This document shows positions 39,398 through 50,675 of a DNA stretch of 64,000 nt, piece by piece. How positions within the stretch are numbered: the first letter of the stretch is position 1; every line of letters starts with the position of its first letter. The DNA lies in the NCBI GenBank assembly GCA_965223265.1, contig OZ244999.1, positions 6,624,001 to 6,688,000 on the forward strand, read 5' to 3'. The stretch comes from Planctomycetota bacterium (GTDB lineage: Bacteria > Planctomycetota > UBA8108 > SXIK01). The notes under the pieces were generated by a model that was not told the origin of the DNA, ran no database searches, and worked only from the letters and a program-made list of their open reading frames with translations. The position numbers were made by a program, and so were the translations under genes.

Positions 39398-39638
39398 CAG
39401 TTCCCCAGCGCGACGAGCGCGAAGAAGATCATCGGAGTAGCCAGGAGTTCCTGTTTCAGCCCTAGCGCTACGAGCTGATGAACCCCGCAGGACTGAGACC
39501 GCGCCGCTCGTCGTAGAAAACAAGCGCGAGATGCTATACGGTGATGCCCGCGGCGCAAGAAGTGAACACACGGACGCGCGCGAGCACACCCACTCGTTCG
39601 CCGGCTCAGAATCGCCGCAACGCGACAGGATCTTGCTC

Positions 39639-41282
39639 ATGCACCACGACGACCCTGTTTTTCATAGCCGACTTTCTCCTCTCCTCTTCTTAGAGCGAAA
39701 CCGCGACGTCTATGCAGACAAAGCTGCCGTCGTCCACGGCGACACGATCTACACATTCCACGAGTTCGGCCAGCGTGTCGACCGTCTCGCGGCCGCGCTG
39801 CGCCGCGCCGGCCTGCAGAACGGAGAACGAGTTGCGTTCTTGGCTCCCAACATACCGTCGATGCTGGAGGCACACTTCGCAGTTCCGGCCGCCGGCGGTG
39901 TCCTAGTTGCCATCAACACGCGGCTTGCGCCGCAGGAGATTGGCTACATCCTGAACCACTCCGGAGCACGGTTTCTGTTCGTCGACCGCGAATTGACGAA
40001 CCTCGTGCGTCCCGTGCGACACGATCTGCCCGAGCTCGCTCAAGTGGTCGAAATCATCGATGGAGGCGACGACGTAGCCCAGACGGAATTCGGCGATGTT
40101 GACTACGACTCTTTCATCGCGCGCGAGACGCGTCAGCCCACCGACGGTGGCGTCGCCCCACGGCTGCCGTTACCTGCTGACGAAGAAGACGTTATCACGA
40201 TCAACTACACGAGCGGCACGACCGGCAGACCGAAAGGGGTCATGTACACGCATCGCGGTGCGTACCTCAACAGCCTCGGCGAGATTTACGAAACACAGTT
40301 AGAGGCAAGCTCCGTCTACCTTTGGACGCTGCCGATGTTTCATTGTAACGGCTGGTGTTTTACGTGGGGAACCATCGCTAGCGGCGCGACGAGCATCTGT
40401 TTACGAAAGTTCGATCCGGAGACCGTCTGGCAGCTGATCGAGAAGCATGGCGTCACGCACTTCAATGGAGCACCCGTGGTCATGTCATCTCTGCTGAACG
40501 ACCCTGGTCGCCCTCAGACGTTGTCACGACCGCTGACCGTGACGGTCGCTGGGGCCCCGCCGTCTCCGACCTTGATCGAGAACATGCGTTCTTTGAACGC
40601 ACGCGTGGTTCATGTCTACGGCCTCACCGAGACCTACGGACCACACACCGTCTGTGCGCCGCAGGATCATTGGGACGATCTCAATCCTCCGGAGCAAGCG
40701 CGGCTTCGAGCTCGCCAGGGAGTTTCCTACGTCGCGACAGAGCCAGTGCGTGTCGTTGACGAAGAGCTCCGCGACGTGCCGCCGGACGGCGAAACGATGG
40801 GTGAAGTCATCATGCGCGGCAACAACGTGATGAAGGGATATCATGACGATCCTGAAGCTACCGCCGCCGCCTTTCGCGGTGGCTGGTTTCACAGCGGCGA
40901 CTTAGCCGTGATGCACAAAGACGGCTACATCGAGCTCCGTGATCGCAGCAAGGACATCATCATCACTGGCGGCGAGAACGTCTCGTCCATCGAAGTCGAG
41001 CAGACACTCTATCGGCACCCGGACGTGCTCGAAGTCGCGGTCATTGGAATACCACACACGAAGTGGGGAGAAACCCCGAAAGCGTTCGTGACGCTCAAGT
41101 CAGGGGCGGGTGACCTCACCGAGAACGCGCTCATAGACTTCTGTCGATCGCAACTAGCGCACTATAAATGCCCCACTTGCATCGAGTTCGGGGATCTTCC
41201 CAAGACGAGCACGGGAAAGATCCAGAAATTCGTCCTCCGTGAGAGAGAGTGGGCCGGCCGCGAAAAGCGAATTCAGGGTTGA
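39639..41282 (+). CDS. Acyl-CoA synthetase (AMP-forming, fatty acid-CoA ligase family)
   Basis: NYTSGTTGRPKG, LPMFHCNGW, YGLTETYGP, FHSGD, LPKTSTGKIQK. Confidence 0.92.
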   Translation: MHHDDPVFHSRLSPLLFLERNRDVYADKAAVVHGDTIYTFHEFGQRVDRLAAALRRAGLQNGERVAFLAPNIPSMLEAHFAVPAAGGVLVAINTRLAPQEIGYILNHSGARFLFVDRELTNLVRPVRHDLPELAQVVEIIDGGDDVAQTEFGDVDYDSFIARETRQPTDGGVAPRLPLPADEEDVITINYTSGTTGRPKGVMYTHRGAYLNSLGEIYETQLEASSVYLWTLPMFHCNGWCFTWGTIASGATSICLRKFDPETVWQLIEKHGVTHFNGAPVVMSSLLNDPGRPQTLSRPLTVTVAGAPPSPTLIENMRSLNARVVHVYGLTETYGPHTVCAPQDHWDDLNPPEQARLRARQGVSYVATEPVRVVDEELRDVPPDGETMGEVIMRGNNVMKGYHDDPEATAAAFRGGWFHSGDLAVMHKDGYIELRDRSKDIIITGGENVSSIEVEQTLYRHPDVLEVAVIGIPHTKWGETPKAFVTLKSGAGDLTENALIDFCRSQLAHYKCPTCIEFGDLPKTSTGKIQKFVLREREWAGREKRIQG

Positions 41283-41442
41283 CGTGGGTTCCCGGTTCAC
41301 ACTCGATACGCTAATCGCCTGGGTCGCTTGACCGGCCCGAGCCGAGAGCGCTATCATTTGCCGGCCAAAGCGGCGACACGCCGGGACGCGCATTCGCCGC
41401 GGCGAGATCGAGCTACTCAATTCGGCGCAGCAGACGACGCAC

Positions 41443-43011
41443 ATGACTTGGACACAATACGCTCTCATCGTCGGTGGCGTTCTCCTCGTGTTGCTGCTCG
41501 TTATCGTCATTTACGATCTCACCCAAAAGAAACACGCGATCTTGCGCAACTTTCCGATCATTGGGCATTTTCGCTATCTGCTCGAAATGATCGGACCCGA
41601 GCTGCGTCAATACATCGTCACAAGCAACAACGAGGAGCGCCCGTTCAGCCGAGACGAACGCACATGGGTCTACGCTTCAGCCAAGAAGCAGAACAACTAC
41701 TTCGGCTTCGGCACGGACAACGATCTAGAATCGTCTCCGAACCACCTGGTGATCAAGCACGCGACGCTCGCCAAACGCTCCCCGCGGCCAGGCGACGCAA
41801 ACTACGACCCGGATTACACGGTCCCTTGCGCCAAGGTTGTCGGAGCTTTTCGAAACAGGCGCGGCGCTTTTCGCCCGAACTCGATCGTCAACATATCCGG
41901 GATGAGCTTTGGATCGCTCAGCGGCCCGGCGATCGAAGCGCTCAATCGCGGTTCGAAGGCCGCCCGATGTCTCCACAACAGCGGTGAGGGCGGTATCTCG
42001 CCCTACCACCAGCACGGCGCAGACCTGGTCTGGCAGATCGGCACCGGTTACTTCGGTTGCCGCGACGCAGCCGGCAAGTTCAGTTTGGGGAAACTCAAGG
42101 ACGTTGTCGCGGCAAACCCAATTCGTGCCATAGAACTCAAGCTCAGCCAAGGTGCGAAACCAGGGATGGGAGGTGTACTTCCTGCCGCCAAGGTCACGCC
42201 CGAGATCGCGGCGATTCGAGGAATCCCGCGGGGGAAGGACTGCTTGAGCCCCGCGTGTCACGACGCTTTCGCAGACGTCGATGGACTTCTAGACTTCGTC
42301 GAAAGCATCGCCGAGGAGACGGGACTCCCTGTCGGAATCAAGTCTGCCGTTGGCAACCTCGACTTCTGGAAAGAGCTGGCGCGGTCGATGAAAGCAACAC
42401 AGCGAGGTGTCGACTTCATCGCGATCGATGGAGGCGAGGGTGGGACAGGAGCAGGCCCTCTCGTATTTACCGACCACGTGGCGCTGCCGTTCAAGCTCGC
42501 GTTCACGAGGGTCTACAAGATCTTCGCTCATGAAGGATTGACCGACCAAGTGGTCTTCATTGGATCCGGAAAGTTAGGATTTCCCGAAGAGACGCTCTTC
42601 GCGATCGCACTCGGATGCGACCTCATCAACGTCGGCCGTGAAGCGATGATGGCGATTGGCTGCATCCAAGCACAACGCTGCCACACCGGTCATTGCCCCA
42701 CCGGTGTCGCCACTCAATCGCCGTGGCTGATTCATGGTCTCGATCCCGACTACAAAGCCGCTCGCCTTGCGAACTATGTCGTGACTCTACGCAAGGAAGT
42801 GCTACTGCTCAGCCGTGCTTGCGGCGTGGACCATCCGGCGCTGCTGACGGCCGAGAACTTCGAGTTACTCGACGGCTGTTTTCTCGCCCGCAGCCCACGC
42901 GAGGTCTTCGGCTACGACCCGGGCTGGGGCGTTCCCAGCCGCGAGGATCGCGACGCGATTCGCGCGATCATGCAGCAAGCACCAGCGAGCCAGATTTCCG
43001 ATAACCAGTGA
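41443..43011 (+). CDS. FMN-binding glutamate synthase family protein
   Basis: SGMSFGSLS, SGEGG, KLSQGAKPG, DGGEGGTGA, GCIQAQRCHTGHCPTGV; N-terminal TM helix. Confidence 0.92.
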   Translation: MTWTQYALIVGGVLLVLLLVIVIYDLTQKKHAILRNFPIIGHFRYLLEMIGPELRQYIVTSNNEERPFSRDERTWVYASAKKQNNYFGFGTDNDLESSPNHLVIKHATLAKRSPRPGDANYDPDYTVPCAKVVGAFRNRRGAFRPNSIVNISGMSFGSLSGPAIEALNRGSKAARCLHNSGEGGISPYHQHGADLVWQIGTGYFGCRDAAGKFSLGKLKDVVAANPIRAIELKLSQGAKPGMGGVLPAAKVTPEIAAIRGIPRGKDCLSPACHDAFADVDGLLDFVESIAEETGLPVGIKSAVGNLDFWKELARSMKATQRGVDFIAIDGGEGGTGAGPLVFTDHVALPFKLAFTRVYKIFAHEGLTDQVVFIGSGKLGFPEETLFAIALGCDLINVGREAMMAIGCIQAQRCHTGHCPTGVATQSPWLIHGLDPDYKAARLANYVVTLRKEVLLLSRACGVDHPALLTAENFELLDGCFLARSPREVFGYDPGWGVPSREDRDAIRAIMQQAPASQISDNQ

Positions 43012-43180
43012 GCCGACGATCTTGCGCGCGCACGGACGTCCCGTTACTATGTGCGTCCTTGGACGGCGGGAGAAAGTTGATGTTGGGCGCTCGGATCGCC
43101 GCAACGCTCCGTTCACTCGCAGGTTTCGGTTCTTCAGCCGAAGAGCCGAAACTCGGTTTCGCTCAAAGGAGTAACACCAC

Positions 43181-44305
43181 GTGAAGTCTACCCAGCCCAC
43201 CGTTCGTTTCAGGCACGGGCCGCCGCGCCCGAGGGTCGTTCTGACGATTTGCCTCTGTCTTGGTCTTAGTGTCGTCGGGCGCGCCCAAGACGAAGTCGAT
43301 CTGCAGCCGACGCCGGATCCACTTGGCACGACGCTCAAGCTTAAGGATGGCAGCGCGATCCGTGGCCAGATTCTCCAGATGACCGAGAACGATCTGAAGA
43401 TGCAGACGCAGTTTGGCGGCGAGGTGCCCGTCAATTGGTCCGAAGTCAGCCAGATGTTCTCGAAGCTCAAACTGCGCTTGCATCTGCAAGATGACTCGAT
43501 TCTCCACGGCACCGTCGAGGAGGGTGACGAAGACACGATTCACGTGCGCGTCGCCGACACCGACCAGTTGATCCCGGTGAAGCTCTCAGCGGTGAAAGCC
43601 ATCAACCCACCACCGGAGAAAGTCATCACCTACAAGGGCAACATAAACCTCGGTGCGACCATCACCGATGGCAACACCCAGACCAAGGCGGTTGCCGCCA
43701 ACGGCGAGTTTGTGGCGCGCAGCAAACGTCAGCGACTCACACTGCGTGCGGCAACCAACTACGCTGAAGATAGCGACGGCGTCACCGCGCGAAACTCACG
43801 CGGCAGTATCAAGTACGACTTCTTCTTAACGGAAAAGTGGTACCTGTTCGCAGGAGCGCTCTTCGAAGGGGACAGCTTTCAGGACTTAAATCTGCGAACA
43901 GCGCTGAGCGGTGGTGTTGGCTACCAGTTCCTTGACAAGGGCGAACTCGAGCATGCGGCTTTCAAGGGCCTCGAAGGCTATGCCGAAATCGGTTTAGCGT
44001 ACTTCAGTGAAGATTATGACACGACGCCTGACACCCAGTTCGTCTCCGGCAAGTGGGCACTCAAACTCGACTGGGAACTCAAACCAGACCAGATCACCGC
44101 CTTCCACTACCATGAAGGCTACCCTGGCTTCGAAGACCTCGAAGACCTGTACATTCTGACTGAGCAGGGCGTCCGCTTCACGCTGTACGGCAATTTCATC
44201 GCCACGATCCAGGTCAACTGGCGGTGGGACAACACACCCTCCAGCGGCTTCGAGCGTTCCGACACAATCTACCTCATCACGCTCGGCTACAACTTCGATC
44301 TGTAG
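43181..44305 (+). CDS. DUF481/YdiY-like outer-membrane beta-barrel protein
   Basis: TLKLKDGSAIRG N-terminal domain, DGNT, GVGYQF, C-terminal LGYNF. Confidence 0.8.
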   Translation: MKSTQPTVRFRHGPPRPRVVLTICLCLGLSVVGRAQDEVDLQPTPDPLGTTLKLKDGSAIRGQILQMTENDLKMQTQFGGEVPVNWSEVSQMFSKLKLRLHLQDDSILHGTVEEGDEDTIHVRVADTDQLIPVKLSAVKAINPPPEKVITYKGNINLGATITDGNTQTKAVAANGEFVARSKRQRLTLRAATNYAEDSDGVTARNSRGSIKYDFFLTEKWYLFAGALFEGDSFQDLNLRTALSGGVGYQFLDKGELEHAAFKGLEGYAEIGLAYFSEDYDTTPDTQFVSGKWALKLDWELKPDQITAFHYHEGYPGFEDLEDLYILTEQGVRFTLYGNFIATIQVNWRWDNTPSSGFERSDTIYLITLGYNFDL

Positions 44306-44329
44306 TCCTGAGTTGGCCGCAGCGCTCCC

Positions 44330-44917
44330 TCAAGTCCCCGACACTGGCTTGAGGGAGCACTCCGGCCCCGCCACGGTTTTCCGTGCTGCGATCCCCGCGA
44401 CCATTCGGTTTTCGTAGTCACCCTCGCGCTCCCGGAGAATCTCGAGCGGCGCGACGAGCCGCGGCAGTTCACCGCGCGCAAGCAAGAACCGCGGGTTCTT
44501 CGGGCGTCCTCGTCGGGCTTGCTCAACGGTAAACGTCTCGTAGAGCAGCACGCCGCGGTGCCGAAGAGCACGCATCAGCGCGGAGAAGAGCGGCCTGTGG
44601 AGGTAGTGGAAGACTGCGATGACGTCGTAGACGTCGGAACCAAGATCGACGCCCTCAGCCTCGAGGTCGAACACCCGCGCGGCAATTGGCAAACGCGCAG
44701 CACTCGCGCGCTCGCCGAGACTCCTTATCTTCTCGTTGTCTATGTCGAGCGCGTCGACATGCAAACCGTGCCGAGCGAGAAAAAGCGCGTTGCGGCCGTC
44801 ACCACACGCAATGTCCAGGGCGCGACCCGTCGACGGAAGCAGATCAGCGTTGGAAGTCAACCAATGCGCGGCTACGCCCAGTGACCGAGCCTCGCCGGCA
44901 GAATCCATCTCGCGCAT
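44330..44917 (-). CDS. TehB-like SAM-dependent methyltransferase
   Basis: ALDIACGDGRNALFLA, YLHRPL, GVLLYETF, LLARGEL. Confidence 0.85.
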   Translation of the reverse strand: MREMDSAGEARSLGVAAHWLTSNADLLPSTGRALDIACGDGRNALFLARHGLHVDALDIDNEKIRSLGERASAARLPIAARVFDLEAEGVDLGSDVYDVIAVFHYLHRPLFSALMRALRHRGVLLYETFTVEQARRGRPKNPRFLLARGELPRLVAPLEILREREGDYENRMVAGIAARKTVAGPECSLKPVSGT

Positions 44918-45001
44918 CGGTGGGTTGTCTGTCGTGTGCTATGTGCTAAACGTCGTCTCTACCCGCCCGGTGGCGACGACGCAACGTCGCCACAAAACAC
45001 A

Positions 45002-45703
45002 TCACTCCTCTGGACTCGCAGCATTTCGGCGGGCTTCGATGAACAGCTTTCCGTCCCGGACCTCCACGCGTTCCAGACGACGGAGTATTTCGGCCTGCTC
45101 GGCGTCTTCGTACAGCTTCGCGGCAAGATTCTTTGTTCTCATCTCGGAGAGAAACTCATCAGGCACGACCTTGCCGCCGGCTTCGAGATCCATCAAGCGA
45201 ACGATCAAGCCACCGTTTTCGAGCGACACATCGAACGAGGCTTCTCCGTTGACATAGCGTCCTTCGAGAAAATCAAATTTGACATAGTCGGACGCCAATA
45301 CGCTGATCTTGGCGGTCACTTGACCATCCTTCAGGTCAACGTAAGCCTGGTCTTTGAGTGGTGAATCGGGGTGGCTCTGAATCAACGCGTTCAGTTCATC
45401 GGCGCTCAGTTCCAGGCTATGGACGTCCGACTCCTCGCCTTGTATGGTCGCGTAGAATCTCTCCCATTCGCTGGTGACCCGCTCTACGTCGGCATCAGGT
45501 AGCTCAACCTGCGGCAGCGGGCGGGGCTCAGTCTCAGTGTAGTCAAGCACCATGGACTGAAACTTACGAAAGAGAAAGTAACCGCCGACGCCGATCCCGA
45601 TGCCGATGATCACGAGCGTCAGACAGCCGTAAAAGAAACAGCCGCGCCCCTGTTTTGCCGGCCGGTGGGCCTCCGAGCTCTCGTACGGATCGACACCGCT
45701 CAT
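45002..45703 (-). CDS. Hypothetical membrane-anchored protein
   Basis: RGCFFYGCL followed by a TM helix and an acidic soluble domain. Confidence 0.75.
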   Translation of the reverse strand: MSGVDPYESSEAHRPAKQGRGCFFYGCLTLVIIGIGIGVGGYFLFRKFQSMVLDYTETEPRPLPQVELPDADVERVTSEWERFYATIQGEESDVHSLELSADELNALIQSHPDSPLKDQAYVDLKDGQVTAKISVLASDYVKFDFLEGRYVNGEASFDVSLENGGLIVRLMDLEAGGKVVPDEFLSEMRTKNLAAKLYEDAEQAEILRRLERVEVRDGKLFIEARRNAASPEE

Positions 45704-45900
45704 AAGTCACGCTCATCCTTGTTCAGGCTTGATCATTCCCTCAACACGCATTTCAAATCAACCACAGCATACCCTCGGGACAGGCGGGTGAAAAGAGACG
45801 GTCTCCTGCCTTCATGCCCTCAACGCAGACGTGGCCCCGAGCGTCGCAACAGGTGGCACCACAACGTCAGTGCGGCTACAATCTGCGTTTCGGCTATTGA

Positions 45901-45998
45901 GGGAGTGAACGGGTACCTGGTGGTCCCCCGGGACTTCAAATCCTTGGTGCCGCGCGAACAACGCGGTAGGTGGGTTCGATTCCCATGCACTCCCGCCA
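45901..45998 (+). tRNA. selC: tRNA-Sec (anticodon UCA)
   Basis: GGGAGTG/CACTCCC acceptor stem, anticodon loop CTTCAAA, long variable arm CCGCG..CGCGG, GGTTCGATTCC T-loop, GCCA end; selA is in the same window. Confidence 0.95.
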
Positions 45999-46261
45999 GT
46001 TTTTTCTCCTTGGCATTCCGGCTGCGGACACCTCCTCGGCGCAGCCGCTCCTCACGGCTCCTATTCGTCACGGCTTGACGTAGTCGGCAGCAGGGATATG
46101 CCTTGTCGCCCCGGTCGCGATCGATCGCGATTTTATCAAACGACGCCGATTCACGGGCAGACAGCGACCGAGGTAGCGTTCCCTTTGTTGTGAGCGTTCA
46201 CGGGCTAACCGAACGCTCGGAGCGTCCTTCGGCACTTGTCGTTCACAAGGGGGAAACCGTC

Positions 46262-47146
46262 ATGAAAACAAACTCAGTCGCCAGCAACGATCGCTCGCAG
46301 ACATCTCGGATCCATGAAAGGACCCAACGTGTAACCGCGCTCAGCCTCGCCTTGGTCGCCCTCACCATCGGCGGTGTCATCGGTCGGCCGCTCGACGCAC
46401 AGTTCGATGACATTGCCTACCTGCTGCCGCCATTGCCTAACATCGAGGCGAAATTCGAGCGAGGCGACGCCAACTCCGACGGCGAAACCGACATCGCCGA
46501 TGCTCTTTTCACACTCAACTACCTTTTCACCACCGACAGTCCAGCGCCCAAGTGCTTCGATGCGGCAGATGCGAATGACGATGGTGCGGTCGATATCTCG
46601 GACCCTCTCGCCACGCTTGGATCCCTGTTCGTCGGAGACTTGACGCTACCGCCTCCGGTCGGCGGTTGCGGACTCGACCCGACCCCGGACTCGCTCTTCT
46701 GCGCGCCGCCGAGCCCGTGCTCGTCCGGTGGCTGTGCCGACCTCGAGGTCAGCGGAGTCATCGTCCGAATTCGGGAGTGTCGCGAAGACTCCGCCACGAT
46801 CCGCATCACGGCTGACGTGTTCAACAACGGCAGCGCTGCCTATCGTTCGAGCCCTGGACAGCAGGTCCTCTTCCTTTACGAACTCGTGGCGGGCACGACA
46901 CCACGCGTCGTCGCAGAAGCGGCATTCACCAACCTCAGCGTTGGGGCGAGTGTCGAGGTCGTCTATGAGCGTCTCTGGCCGCTACCCGGCCCCCCACCAA
47001 GCCACTCATACAAGGCCGTGCTTGTTCTTGACCCTGACATCCTGTTCGACGAGAACCCGGAGAACGATCAGTGTCCCGACGCAGGCCCGCCGAGCGCCAG
47101 CATCGGACCCAACGAAATCCACGAAGCCGTCCTGGAGTCCTGTTAG
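46262..47146 (+). CDS. Exported protein with dockerin-like domain and Ig/CARDB-like domain
   Basis: FERGDANSDGETDIAD ... DAADANDDGAVDISD; CGLDPTPD; DENPEND. Confidence 0.8.
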   Translation: MKTNSVASNDRSQTSRIHERTQRVTALSLALVALTIGGVIGRPLDAQFDDIAYLLPPLPNIEAKFERGDANSDGETDIADALFTLNYLFTTDSPAPKCFDAADANDDGAVDISDPLATLGSLFVGDLTLPPPVGGCGLDPTPDSLFCAPPSPCSSGGCADLEVSGVIVRIRECREDSATIRITADVFNNGSAAYRSSPGQQVLFLYELVAGTTPRVVAEAAFTNLSVGASVEVVYERLWPLPGPPPSHSYKAVLVLDPDILFDENPENDQCPDAGPPSASIGPNEIHEAVLESC

Positions 47147-47210
47147 ACGACGTCAAGCGAGGTCGACATAAAGAGCAGAGTGCGCCTCGGCGCGCCCTGC
47201 TCTTTCGTGT

Positions 47211-48598
47211 CTACCGACACGTCTCCGTCTCTGACTCCGCCTCTGACCGCATCGCTTGAGTCCATTCGGCAGAATGAACGATCAGTGCGCGAGCCGTCTC
47301 CGGCCAGAGATTCGGGTACTCCGCTTGGACGATTGCCGCGAGCCGAGCCGCCTGCGCTGTCGCCGCGCTGGTCGCCCACATCTCGGTCCAGAGCCGTGAA
47401 GCGATTTGATGACTCGTCGAGATCAAACAGAGACTTCCGGGGTGCGCGGTCTCCTTCTTCGGCGGAAGTCTTTCGCATCCCATGAGGGATCGTAGACGTG
47501 GGTGTCAGCCGGGGACAAGAACTGGTGGAGTAAGGGGTGCTCCGCGTTGACTCCAGTATCCAACAGACAGACCGCCGGGGCGTCATCGGGCGGCGCAGGT
47601 CCAGTCCGATCGGCGATTGCCCTTGTCAACTCGGACTGCTCTCGCGCACTCATGTCGAGAAACGACTGGGGACTGGGCCGGGCAGATCGCAACTCCGCGA
47701 TGTCACCAACCGAGTCGAGCGCCGATGCGAGCCGGGCTGGAGAACTGTAGGTCAGCAGGACGGTTCGTTCAGGGAACAACAGCGGCGTGTCGAGGCGAAC
47801 TTGAATCCCGACTTGAGCGGCGAACTCACGGAACCTGTCGAGTTCGTTCCCCGACTCCGAGTCGCGGCAGAGCCACACTTCCCACCAGATCTCCTGCTCC
47901 GTCGCTGGGAAGCTGCTCGGGTCGTCCGTCCAGAGCGATCGAAGATCCGCCTCGCCGACGGTCTCGATCGGCCTGGCCAAATCTTCGTTGGACGGTCGCC
48001 CGGACTTCGTGTCGGTCGTCTGGTAGCGATCGAACTTGTTCAGGAACTGCGTGACTGCCTTCTCCGGCATGAAGACTGCCGCCTTCTCGACGTTGCCTTC
48101 TCGTTTGATCGACAAGACCGTCGCTCCATGGGTACGCAAGCGCTCAACCGGCAACAGTGTGTCGCCAGCCAGAGCAGCGGCCGACATCGTCTTGCCCGTT
48201 CCTGGAGGCCCGACCAACAGCAACTTCCGGCACGGAGCGAGCCCGAACTCTTCCAGCTTGTGACGCTGGCCCAGCTCGGAGAGGACATGGTTGAGCCGGT
48301 CGCGAACGGTCCCTTCCAAAACCATTTCGCCAAGACGAGTCGCGGGGTATGCCACGCTCATCAACCCAGCGAGTTCTCCGCGAGGCTGCGAGATCGGAAC
48401 GGTCTTCTGCGGGGTCGTGGGCGGCCGACCGAGCCGCTCCCTGGCTTGGTCGATCAGTTCCCGAAGCTCTTTGGCGAAACGGCCATGCCCAGATCGGGCC
48501 TCTTGGGCGGCGAGCTGCATCGCGACCGAGAAAAATCGCGCGTCGTCGCCGTCCGCGTGACTCTCCACGAGAGCTTTGATCTGCTTCGCTGTGGCCAT
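47211..48598 (-). pseudogene. Deleted/fused remnant of an IetAS-like AAA ATPase + S8 peptidase pair
   Basis: MATAKQIKALVESH...GPPGTGKT (Walker A, no Walker B) fused in frame to WWEVWL, FPERTV, VCLLDTGVNAEHPLL; another frame carries ATSAATAQAARLAA...YPNLWPETARALIVHSAEWT. Confidence 0.8.
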
Positions 48599-48876
48599 CC
48601 GTACCTCCTCCCAAGCGACTTCTGTCATGCTACCTTGTCGGGGATGGTGCCGACAGCGGTTTTGGCCAGTCAGCCAGCGGTGACATGGGTAGCCACGGTT
48701 GCCTCGACGCTGACAAATCACCCGTGCAGTGCTGCCGGTAATCATCGTCGGGCGCAACATGCTCGTTGCGCGCTACGTCGTAACGCATCGTGGTTGAATA
48801 ACCTCCTGCTGGTCGCGTCGAACCCAGTGTGTCCCGTCGGTTCCTTGAGTGCCGTTGAAGAGGTTCGGATCCGGAC

Positions 48877-50640
48877 GTGCGAAACAGAAGGGGAAAGCTC
48901 GCAGCTCTGTCTGGCGCTTCGTGCGTCGCGGTGATCCTCGCGCTCGGCCTGCTCGTCTGGGAAGACCTCGCCTGCCGGTACTATCTGTTTCGCGTCAGGC
49001 AGGACGTGACCTACTTGGAGACGTTGTACAACCATCGGGGGCGATCGTCGGTTCAGAAAGCGATCCAGGAGTTCACCAGGGAACCGACCGCCGAGGAAGC
49101 CTGGCTGGGCGTGCTCGTCGAGCGAGAGCAGGGCGAGAAGCGGCTCGATACCATTCAGCGTCTGGGCGCGCTCGACTCTGCTGGAGCCGTCAAGACGCTC
49201 TCGACGTTGCTGCCGGACGATCAGGATCAGGAGACAATCTTCGCTGCTACGGCGGCTCTCGTGGAATGCGGTCCAACCGCGATTCCGGCTTTGTGGCAGT
49301 CTCTTCGACAAAGCGGCGAGGACGCGGTCTTCCTGAGATTGCAGGCGATCTCAAGCAAGGGTCTCAAGGCGGTGATCGTACTTCGCGACCTGCTTGGTCA
49401 TCCCAGAACAGATGTTCGTTCATCGGCGGCTGAGAGCTTGGGTGAACTCGGGCGAGTCGCTTCCTCGGCAGCACCGGACCTGCTGATCGCGCTGAAGGAC
49501 CCGCACAACTACGTTCGGGAGGAAGCCGCGACAGCGCTCGGAGAATTAGGAGTCGTGTCCGATCAGATTGTCTCTGCGTTGTGCACCAGTGCCGTGGACG
49601 ACGACCTGAACGTCTCGATGGATTCCTGCGAAGCCTTGTCCAAGCTCGGTCCCGAGGCAGTGCACAATGCCGTGCCGTTTCTCCGCACACTCCTGACTGA
49701 AGGCGACCATGAGGTTCAGGCGAAAGCAGCCTACGCCTGCGCCGATCTCGGTCCGTGGGTTTCCTCCCAGGTTGTCGATGAACTCGTTCCGCTCCTACGA
49801 GTCAGGGACGATGAGGTACGCTGGAATACCCTCTACGCAATCACCCAAGCAGGGACGAGCGCAGCCTCAGCCGTACCTGAATTGGTTCCTCTTCTGGATG
49901 ACGACGACGAGGCGGTCGCGGACGTTGTCGAAGCGCTCGCTGCGATCGGCACGGCGTCCGTGCCGGCACTGCGAGAGGCTACGGGAAGTGACCGTGTACG
50001 CCTGCGGTCGAACGCCGTCGATGCCTTGGGAAAGATCGGGCGGGAAGCGAACGCAGCAATCCCGAATCTCCTCAACCTAATCAAACAAGACCCGTCCCCG
50101 CAGGTTCGAGCTGGGGCAGCACTCAGCCTCGGGTCCATCGGAGTCGATCCCAGTTCATGCATCCCTCGTCTGCTCGAAGCCCTGAAGGACGGCGATCCGC
50201 AGGTACGTCTTGGAGCGACGACAAGCCTGAGCCTGTTCGGAGATAGTGGGCTCCCCTTCGTCTGCGACGCACTCCTTCACGAAGACGAGAGCGTGCGGCT
50301 GATTGCGGTCACGTCGCTGGGCGAGTTCGGACCGAAAGCAGAAACCGCCGTCCCGAGACTGACTGACCTCATCGAGAGCGAGCCGAATTCCCTAACCCGC
50401 AGCCTCGCCGTCGTGACCCTGGGTAAGATCGGACCGGGAGCCGCAACGGCGGTTCCTGCCCTACTGAGGATGTCCGAGGGCAGTGACTACCACGCCAGAA
50501 GCTGGGTATTGGAGGCTCTGGGAAGAATCGGACCAAAGGCACACTCGGCGATTCCGACGTTGACTGCTGCGCTCGGTGACAAAAGTAACCTGGTGCGAAA
50601 AGCAGCCAAGAAAGCGCTCGAAAGAGTTCAAGCGCCCTAA
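48877..50640 (+). CDS. HEAT/PBS-lyase repeat protein with N-terminal membrane anchor
   Basis: Repeated VRxxAAxALGxIG...AVPxL units. Confidence 0.88.
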   Translation: MRNRRGKLAALSGASCVAVILALGLLVWEDLACRYYLFRVRQDVTYLETLYNHRGRSSVQKAIQEFTREPTAEEAWLGVLVEREQGEKRLDTIQRLGALDSAGAVKTLSTLLPDDQDQETIFAATAALVECGPTAIPALWQSLRQSGEDAVFLRLQAISSKGLKAVIVLRDLLGHPRTDVRSSAAESLGELGRVASSAAPDLLIALKDPHNYVREEAATALGELGVVSDQIVSALCTSAVDDDLNVSMDSCEALSKLGPEAVHNAVPFLRTLLTEGDHEVQAKAAYACADLGPWVSSQVVDELVPLLRVRDDEVRWNTLYAITQAGTSAASAVPELVPLLDDDDEAVADVVEALAAIGTASVPALREATGSDRVRLRSNAVDALGKIGREANAAIPNLLNLIKQDPSPQVRAGAALSLGSIGVDPSSCIPRLLEALKDGDPQVRLGATTSLSLFGDSGLPFVCDALLHEDESVRLIAVTSLGEFGPKAETAVPRLTDLIESEPNSLTRSLAVVTLGKIGPGAATAVPALLRMSEGSDYHARSWVLEALGRIGPKAHSAIPTLTAALGDKSNLVRKAAKKALERVQAP

Positions 50641-50675
50641 GTGAACGGTTCGGAGAGGACACGACGGCACTTCCG

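Noticed and set aside
18737-46000. Selenoprotein genes (UGA readthrough), selB or selD near selA/selC
   Set aside because: TGA-terminated genes examined by eye end at family-typical C-termini and no selB/selD motifs were seen; a bSECISearch-type scan was not run and would be needed to exclude them
47537-48934. 465-aa plus-strand ORF
   Set aside because: Antisense to the AAA/S8 remnant; no motifs
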